In this document: positions 57,812 to 64,000 of the stretch, piece by piece | How positions within the stretch are numbered: the stretch's first letter is position 1 | How the letters are laid out: every line of letters begins with the position of its first letter | DNA from: Candidatus Xenobia bacterium | Lineage (GTDB): Bacteria; Vulcanimicrobiota; Xenobia; Xenobiales; QWHO01 | DNA: 64,000 nucleotides | NCBI GenBank assembly: GCA_045863235.1 | Contig: BTUM01000004.1 | Span: forward strand, 32,001 to 96,000 | Direction of reading: 5' to 3' | Position numbers and translations under genes: made by a program | Notes under the pieces: model-generated | Database searches by the model: none | What the model saw: the letters and a program-made list of their open reading frames with translations, nothing else | What the model was told of the DNA's origin: nothing

Positions 57812-58276
57812 TTACTGCTTGAAGCTTTTGACGAACTTGGCGTGATCGCACTGGCCGGTGGTCATGATCACGAACAGCTTGTCCTTTTCGGGAGCCGGAA
57901 CCACCCGGATCTTCATCTGCTGACCGTTGGCGGTCTTCCCCTCCAGGTCGACACTGGAGCCGGGGCCATTGGCCCGTTTGACCCCGGTCATCTTCTGGGT
58001 CATTCCCGTCAAGAAATCCTCGAGGTTACTCTGCTTCTCCTTGGCGCTCATCTCCTTGTAGCCAGGAAAGGACGCGTAACCGGCCATGTAGGCAAACTGT
58101 CCGGGCTCGGATAGAGCCCACAGGTTGAAGCGGGGATCATTTGAGGCCAGGGCGGGCGTGCCGGGGAAGTCGATGCTGAAGCTCTTATCGGGGGGCTGGA
58201 ACTTCGACCAGTCCTGGGCACCGGCCGCGAGGAGCAACTGAAGGCAGAGAATCAGGCAAAGGAGTGGTCGGAGCAT
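57812..58276 (-). CDS. Secreted hypothetical protein
   Basis: AGGAGG RBS, signal peptide AGA-Q, WSKF...FSIDFPG and KFVKSFK motifs. Confidence 0.75.
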   Translation of the reverse strand: MLRPLLCLILCLQLLLAAGAQDWSKFQPPDKSFSIDFPGTPALASNDPRFNLWALSEPGQFAYMAGYASFPGYKEMSAKEKQSNLEDFLTGMTQKMTGVKRANGPGSSVDLEGKTANGQQMKIRVVPAPEKDKLFVIMTTGQCDHAKFVKSFKQ

Positions 58277-58354
58277 GGCTTCCTCCTGACTTGCATCTTG
58301 GGGACACAGAACGTCGAGGCTCCATGCTTCAGTCAGGGCAGAGCCTTCTCCTGC

Positions 58355-59392
58355 TCAAAGGTGCCGCAGCAAACCATCCTCGGCAGCGGCGAAGTAGGGC
58401 TCCAGCGACTCGGCGTGACTGAGCATCTCGCCCTCCACGATGTCCAGGGCCAGGTCCTGGTCGTCCATGGCAAGCGAGTAAAAACGCAGCACTTTTTCAG
58501 CCAGGTAGAGGGCGGCCAGACGGGACAGCACCGAGCTGCCCAGCAGCAGGTACTTCCGAAAGAGCAGGTGCTCGAGGTAGCGTTGGTCAGGCGCTCTGGC
58601 CAGGGGAAGCTGGGCCAGGCTGACCGGGCGCTGGGCCCGGGGAGGCTGCCAGGCCTGGCCCGCCTGCAGGATCGCGGTGCCCGCTTGCATCTCGGCCAGG
58701 TCCCTGCCTTCCAGGGCTCCCATGAGGCCGGCCATCAGCGTGGTCTCGAAGGCCTGCAGCAACTCATTCTGTTCAGGAGTGGGCAGAGTGGTCCACTCTT
58801 CCCTCAAAGTGGCTTCCCAGGGTGCCTGGCTGGCTGCCCGGGCCGGCACCGCCAGCATGCGCCAGGGGTCGGAAAGGCTCTCGCGTGCAAAGGACTCCAG
58901 CGAGAGATAGCCGGCCCAGTCAAGGAAGTGTCCTGGCGTCAAAGGGATCGGGCCCTCCCCGACCCGGGGGTACTGCCCGGTAGCCCGCAGCTCCTCGAGT
59001 TGAGGGCGGTGCACCTCCATCGGCCGGCCCACTTGCTGCTTGACTGCCGTGCAGCGAAAGCTCAGGCCGGCGAATGGGCCGTCCGGGGTCTCCACCAGGA
59101 AGAAGGGGAACTGCCGGCAGGCGCGGGGCTTGGCTGCAGCGCCGAGCTCGGCATGCACGGCGCACAGCATGTCGGACCTGAGAAAAACGCACTTGTCATC
59201 CTCGGGCCGAAAGCCCAGGCGGTGGAGCCCGTCGTTACAGGCCACGAAGGGCTGGTAGCCCTGCTTTCTGGCCTGCTCGGCCAGCTCAGTCTTCTCCAGC
59301 CGCTGGCGGGCCTCTTCCTCCACCAGCACACGCCAGTGCCCGCAGCTCTTGCCGCACTGGATACAGTCGTAGCGGAGGGGGGGAAAGTGCAT
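58355..59392 (-). CDS. YkgJ-family Cys-cluster protein
   Basis: CIQCGKSC, CVFL...CAVH, KPRACRQFPF. Confidence 0.85.
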   Translation of the reverse strand: MHFPPLRYDCIQCGKSCGHWRVLVEEEARQRLEKTELAEQARKQGYQPFVACNDGLHRLGFRPEDDKCVFLRSDMLCAVHAELGAAAKPRACRQFPFFLVETPDGPFAGLSFRCTAVKQQVGRPMEVHRPQLEELRATGQYPRVGEGPIPLTPGHFLDWAGYLSLESFARESLSDPWRMLAVPARAASQAPWEATLREEWTTLPTPEQNELLQAFETTLMAGLMGALEGRDLAEMQAGTAILQAGQAWQPPRAQRPVSLAQLPLARAPDQRYLEHLLFRKYLLLGSSVLSRLAALYLAEKVLRFYSLAMDDQDLALDIVEGEMLSHAESLEPYFAAAEDGLLRHL

Positions 59393-59540
59393 GGTGGCTG
59401 AAAAGCGAGCTGCACCCCATTCCGGCCAAGAAACGCAGGTGCAGCGGGAGGAGCAGTTGCGTGCCCCGCTCATCTTGTTCCGCTCGTTGAATGGCGATTC
59501 CTTCCCAGGGGAGGATTCCCCCCACGGGGAATTAATGCAA

Positions 59541-59611
59541 GCGTAGCGCGCAGCGAGCTTGCGAGCGAAGTCACGAGGTGTGCGTAGCGCGTAGCGAGCT
59601 TGCGAGCGAAG
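59541..59611. repeat. Intergenic 30-bp direct repeat pair
   Basis: GCGTAGCGCG(C/T)AGCGAGCTTGCGAGCGAAG at 59541 and 59582, one mismatch, 11-nt spacer. Confidence 0.85.
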
Positions 59612-59624
59612 GAAAAGGAGTCCC

Positions 59625-60467
59625 ATGTCGGCCGAGAAGTCCACCACCCCCCAGACCGTCGAAATCGACGGAGTGACCCTGCACCTGACCCACCCCGACG
59701 AGCTGCCCATCAAGTGGGTCGGGCAAGACGACCTGATCGCCCAACTGCTCGCCTCCTGGGTCGTGCTCGAGCAGCGCGACCTGCCTCTCAACCCGCGCCT
59801 GCTGGGCAAGCCTGGAGTGGGCAAGACCACCCTGGCCTACGCCGCCGGCAAGAAGATGGGGCGTGAGGTGTACCTGTTCCAGGCCACCATGGATACCCGC
59901 CCCGAGGACCTGATTATCTCGCCCGTGGTCTCGGCCGAGCAGTCGATCCGCTACGTAGCCAGCGCCGTGGTCACGGCCATGGTGCGCGGCGGAGTGCTGA
60001 TCCTGGACGAGGGCAACCGCATGAGCGAGAAATCGTGGGCCTCCCTGGCCCCCCTGCTGGATGCCCGCCGCTACGTCGAGTCCCTGGTGGCGGGCATCAA
60101 GGTCAAAGCCCACCCAGAATTCCGCTTCTGTGCCACCATGAACGACGACTCCTCCACCTTCGAGCTGCCCGAGTACATCCACTCGCGCCTGCAGCCGCAG
60201 ATCCTGGTGGACTTCCCCGACAAGGACGAAGAGCTCTCGATTTTGCAGGAGAACCTGCCCTTCATGGACCTGGCCGTCCTGAGCTATGTGGCCGACTTCC
60301 TCCAGCGGGCCCACCGGGCCGACGAGCGCTACTCGGTGCGCGACGGAATCAACATCGCCCGCTACGCCGGAAAGATCGGCCGCGAGCTGGGTCTGGAGCC
60401 CCCGGTGGCCCTCAAGCGATCGATCGCCCAGGTGCTGGGAGAAGAGGCGCTGGTGTATGGGCCGTGA
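59625..60467 (+). CDS. MoxR-type AAA+ ATPase
   Basis: Walker A GKPGVGKT, Walker B LILDEGNR, ATMN sensor 1, SVRD sensor 2; AAGGAG RBS. Confidence 0.92.
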   Translation: MSAEKSTTPQTVEIDGVTLHLTHPDELPIKWVGQDDLIAQLLASWVVLEQRDLPLNPRLLGKPGVGKTTLAYAAGKKMGREVYLFQATMDTRPEDLIISPVVSAEQSIRYVASAVVTAMVRGGVLILDEGNRMSEKSWASLAPLLDARRYVESLVAGIKVKAHPEFRFCATMNDDSSTFELPEYIHSRLQPQILVDFPDKDEELSILQENLPFMDLAVLSYVADFLQRAHRADERYSVRDGINIARYAGKIGRELGLEPPVALKRSIAQVLGEEALVYGP

Positions 60468-62667
60468 GCCCTTTGCTCTCAAGCACGGAAAGGTACTGAT
60501 CGTTCCGGTCTGCCACTACCAGATGGAGTTCGCCCAGGCGGTGCGGCAGGCCATCCGGGCCTTCCAGCCGGCCCAGATCGCCATCGAGCTGGCCCCCTTC
60601 CTTCGCCAGCGCTACCTGGAAGCGGTCCAACGGCTACCCTACCTCTCCGTGCTCGTCTACGGCACGGAGGAGGCTCCCGAGTTCATGCCCGTGGATCCCT
60701 GCGACGCCTTTACCGAGGCGGCTCGCTCGGCTCTCGAGCGCGACATCCCGCTCCACTTTGTGGATCTGGCCCTGAAGTACCCCGGGATCTTCGAGCCCAT
60801 GCCCGACTCCCATGCGCTCTACCGCATCGGTCTGGAAGAGTACTGGAACGCCTATCACGAGGCCGCCGCCAACGCTCCCAGGGCCCCCGAGGACCAGCTT
60901 CGGGAGGCCCACATGGCCTTCGAGATCGAGCGCCAGCTCGAGCAGGGCTCGCTGCTGCTCGTCTGCGGCATGGCCCACGCCGCGCGCATCCTCGAGCACC
61001 TCCAGGCGGGCACTGGGCGGCGCGAGCGCCACGACCGCGAGGACCAGGTCGAGCTCTACAACATCCACGAGGCCATGTACAGCATGCTGGGCATGGACAC
61101 CCCTTTCTGCGCCACCGCCTACCAGATCGCCCGCAACGGTTTCGGGCCCGACGAGGCCTGGGAGCCCCCTCAGGTCAAGGAGCCCCCCATCCCCGCGAGC
61201 TCCTCGCGACTCGAGCAGCTCGAGCGCAAGGATGCCATCCAATCCCTCGAGCGGTTGCTGGGTATGACCCCAAAGGACCAGAAGGCCGCCAAGAAGGACC
61301 CCCACTGGGCTCAGGAGCTCAAGCGCCTGCTGGCCCTCAAGCTGCAAGAGCTGAAAGAGCGCCAGCTGGATGTCAACTCGCTGCTAGAAGGACCGCTCGA
61401 ACGTCCGGCTGAGCTCGAGAACGCCCCCCAGGTGCCCCGCCACCTGGTGCGGGTCTTCACCTTCAAGACCTGCAAGGACCGCAAGCGCGAACTGCGCCAG
61501 ACCTTCCAGAAACTGGTGGAGCAGTACTGGAGCCCGGACGGCTACCTCGACCGCCACCGCATGTTGCTCGCTCTGTGGGAGATCTCCGGGCGCCATTACG
61601 AGGACAATACCGGCGAGCAGATCAAGAAGTGGCAGAAGCGAGTGATGCTGCAGTTCACCCGCAACTACTGCACCCTCACGGGGGGCATTCTGCCCACCCT
61701 CTACCAATCGGTGGTCGGGGCTCGCGGAGTGGCCGATGACAACTATGCCTGGGAGTTGTGGGAGCTGGGCCTCTTCTATCCCTGGGTGGACGAGAGCGGG
61801 CGCTATGAGACGATCTCGATGGAAGGCGACGAGATCAACGTGGGTGGGCGCCGTATGCGCTTCGAGACCATCTGGTTCCACCGCCGTATCCCGCGGTTAC
61901 GCGAACGCCCCTTGCCCATCAAGTCGCGCAAGAAGGAGGAGAATCCCGGCGAGTGGAGCGAGGACTTCAAGAAGGGCACGATCTGCTCGTATCCCCCGGA
62001 AGACGTGATCATCGAAGACTACGGTCGCTATCTGCAAAAGAAGGCCATCACCGTGCTGAGCGAGGAGCGCACCCGGGTGGAGCCGTTCACCTCCAGCCTG
62101 CTCGACGGCCTGGACATGCGCGAGACTATCCGCAACTGGGCCGATGGCCAGCAGCTCTACGTGCGCGAGACCCAGAAGATCCAGGGCGGCACCGGCTCGG
62201 TGGTGCTGATCTTCGATGAGGACCTGGACGACCGGCGCTTTCCCTGGAAGATGACATGGCACGGCGAGCACGCCCAGGAATCGGACATGGCCTTCTACGC
62301 CACCCCGGCCCAGGCCAAGATCGTAGGCCCGGGCATCGCCCGCTGCGAGTATGGCGGGCTGATGCTCACCTATCCCCCGCGACGGTTGCTCGATGTCTGG
62401 AGCGATCCCTTCTATCGAGAGCAGTGCAAGACCAAAGCCGAGATGCTGCTGCTGGCGGGCCTTGAGTACTCGGAGGACAAACACGTGGCCTACGTGGCCG
62501 CCAAGCCTCCTCGCACTTACTTTCGCACCCTGGCCAGCCGGCTCAACCGCAAGATTGTCTACCTGCCCATCGGGCAGCTCTCGCCGGTCAGCCTCAAGAA
62601 AATTCGCGTCTTTCACGTGCTGTCCGGGCACCGGCTGCGCAAGATCGCCAAGGACTACATCTGGTAG
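60457..62667 (+). CDS. Large conserved-looking partner of the AAA ATPase with a TraB/ChaN-like N-terminal domain
   Basis: PVCH, IAIEL, REAHMA and LVCGMAH motifs; overlaps the ATPase stop. Confidence 0.75.
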   Translation: MGREPFALKHGKVLIVPVCHYQMEFAQAVRQAIRAFQPAQIAIELAPFLRQRYLEAVQRLPYLSVLVYGTEEAPEFMPVDPCDAFTEAARSALERDIPLHFVDLALKYPGIFEPMPDSHALYRIGLEEYWNAYHEAAANAPRAPEDQLREAHMAFEIERQLEQGSLLLVCGMAHAARILEHLQAGTGRRERHDREDQVELYNIHEAMYSMLGMDTPFCATAYQIARNGFGPDEAWEPPQVKEPPIPASSSRLEQLERKDAIQSLERLLGMTPKDQKAAKKDPHWAQELKRLLALKLQELKERQLDVNSLLEGPLERPAELENAPQVPRHLVRVFTFKTCKDRKRELRQTFQKLVEQYWSPDGYLDRHRMLLALWEISGRHYEDNTGEQIKKWQKRVMLQFTRNYCTLTGGILPTLYQSVVGARGVADDNYAWELWELGLFYPWVDESGRYETISMEGDEINVGGRRMRFETIWFHRRIPRLRERPLPIKSRKKEENPGEWSEDFKKGTICSYPPEDVIIEDYGRYLQKKAITVLSEERTRVEPFTSSLLDGLDMRETIRNWADGQQLYVRETQKIQGGTGSVVLIFDEDLDDRRFPWKMTWHGEHAQESDMAFYATPAQAKIVGPGIARCEYGGLMLTYPPRRLLDVWSDPFYREQCKTKAEMLLLAGLEYSEDKHVAYVAAKPPRTYFRTLASRLNRKIVYLPIGQLSPVSLKKIRVFHVLSGHRLRKIAKDYIW

Positions 62668-63035
62668 TGCTCTCGCTGCGCTGGCCCCGGCTCTGCAGGC
62701 TGGTGGAGAAAGCGGGTACGACCCCGGTCTGGCTGCACGGACGGGTGCTCCGGTTGCGCGAGGAGACGGGCGAGTACGAGGGCGACCACCAGTATGCCGG
62801 CCACCTCGACTGGCACTTTGCCGAGGTGCTGGCCCGGGTCGTGAGCCTGAGCCGGCTCACCCCCCAGGGGCCCGACGAGCCCCTGCCGGCGCCCCGAGAT
62901 GTCACCGTCAACTTCGACCCCTTCCCGGACGGACTGCGCTCGGGAGTGGAGTTCCGGGTAGCCGGACGGCTCTTTCCCGACGGCCGCATCGAGCCCGTCA
63001 CCGAGAGCCTGGAGCTGATCAAGCGCGAGCAGTGA
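62667..63035 (+). CDS. Hypothetical protein
   Basis: GTG overlapping the upstream TAG; operon-like arrangement. Confidence 0.6.
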   Translation: MLSLRWPRLCRLVEKAGTTPVWLHGRVLRLREETGEYEGDHQYAGHLDWHFAEVLARVVSLSRLTPQGPDEPLPAPRDVTVNFDPFPDGLRSGVEFRVAGRLFPDGRIEPVTESLELIKREQ

Positions 63036-63088
63036 AGCCGAGTCCGGCAGCGAGGGGAACTCCGCGAAGAAAGCAGAACCCCGCCGGG

Positions 63089-63742
63089 ATGGAGTTCGAT
63101 GACCAGCGCCTGGGTGAGCGTCTGCGCCAGGCCCGCGAGGCGCGCGGCTGGAGTCTTTCGGAGCTGGCCGCAGGGGTAGGCTACCCACCCGAGATGGTGG
63201 CCGAGTGGGAGAGCGGCCAACGCTCCCTCAAACCCCGTCTGCTCTATCGGCTGGCCCAGGTGCTGGGTACCCCCGTGGCCCGCCTTTTCGACGAGGACGA
63301 GAACCGCTTCATCCCCTGGAACCCCAATACCGGACGGCTGGACATCTGCCTTCACTGCGGCGCCCGCGAGCACGCCGCCGAAGCTGCCCACTGCAGCGAG
63401 TGCGGCTACCAACTGGAGACTTCACAGTGCACTGGCGAATTGGAGGATGCCTACCTGGGCATGTCCCGGCCCTGTCTCAACCTGATCCCCCCCGGCCAGA
63501 TGCACTGCCAGAACTGCGGCACCCCCTCGCTGTGGGCCGAGCTCTCCGACCGCCTGCCCCGGCGCGGCCTGCATGCCGTGGAGGGATTGGTGGAGGCTCC
63601 CGCTCGGGGCGAGCTGGAGCTGGCCCTGGAGCGGCTCGAGGAGCTCGAGCATGGCCTTCGCGAGGTGCGCCTGCAGCTCGAGCGTCTGGCCGGCCGGCCG
63701 AGCAAGGTGGAGCGCAGTTCACATCCTGACGCAAAGCGTTAA
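63089..63742 (+). CDS. XRE-family HTH regulator with double zinc ribbon and coiled coil
   Basis: GERLRQAREARGWSLSELA...WESG HTH; CLHC, CSEC, CQNCG; start could be GTG 63032. Confidence 0.85.
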   Translation: MEFDDQRLGERLRQAREARGWSLSELAAGVGYPPEMVAEWESGQRSLKPRLLYRLAQVLGTPVARLFDEDENRFIPWNPNTGRLDICLHCGAREHAAEAAHCSECGYQLETSQCTGELEDAYLGMSRPCLNLIPPGQMHCQNCGTPSLWAELSDRLPRRGLHAVEGLVEAPARGELELALERLEELEHGLREVRLQLERLAGRPSKVERSSHPDAKR

Positions 63743-63802
63743 CACGCCCCAGGCGGGTTCTGGCTTAGAGTCGCCCCATCTCAGAGAGGACGACTCAGAC
63801 CA

Positions 63803-64000
63803 ATGCAGATCAGCCAGCTGACCACCTATAACCTTCCCCGGACCGCCAACGCTCCCGTGGCGGGGAAGTCCGCGCCTCCGGTTCAGGAAGAGCCGGCGGA
63901 CCGTATTGAAGCATTTTACACCGGGGCGGCCAACACCGCCAAGTGGATGTCGCGCATCGACGGCGCCGTACTCGGCGGCGTCATCGGGCTGGCCGTGGGC
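63803..64000 (+). CDS. Hypothetical Gly-zipper protein (3' truncated by window edge)
   Basis: GAGAGG RBS; MQISQLTTYNLPRTANAPVAGKSAPPVQEEPADRIE...GAVLGGVIGLAVG, frame open to the end. Confidence 0.7.
   Translation, partial: MQISQLTTYNLPRTANAPVAGKSAPPVQEEPADRIEAFYTGAANTAKWMSRIDGAVLGGVIGLAVG

Noticed and set aside
59541..59611. 30-bp repeat pair as a mini-CRISPR
   Set aside because: Only two copies with an 11-nt spacer, and no cas genes.

Overview
A GC-rich (roughly two-thirds G+C by eye) bacterial chromosomal window that is densely coding. I found no rRNA, tRNA, CRISPR array or intact mobile element. The short four-domain S1 and the polA-rpsA-coaE-slt gene order suggest a Terrabacteria-type organism, possibly Eremiobacterota/Vulcanimicrobiota (inference only). 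Housekeeping genes: rpsA, coaE, glgB, thrC, ackA, prfC, an OmpR-type two-component pair and a FadF-like Fe-S oxidoreductase. Accessory content: a sulfite-oxidase/cytochrome c/YeiH module, two PilV/PilW/PilX-like minor pilin triplets, two AprX-like subtilases, Ig-domain lipoproteins, a MoxR-type AAA operon and a 2-kb patch of gene remnants. The two strongest observations are: (1) an FGE-sulfatase-domain gene whose TGA is followed in frame by the family's terminal GFR motif and a SECIS-like hairpin, making it a candidate selenoprotein; (2) a full-length, uninterrupted DNA polymerase I at the conserved polA locus whose polymerase motifs A, B and C are degenerate, making it an apparent pseudo-polymerase. 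Also notable: a bilobed pepsin-like lipoprotein, tandem NrdR-like boxes in a hairpin-rich rpsA upstream region, and several signal-peptide-less orphan genes that share an upstream GTTAACA-like motif.
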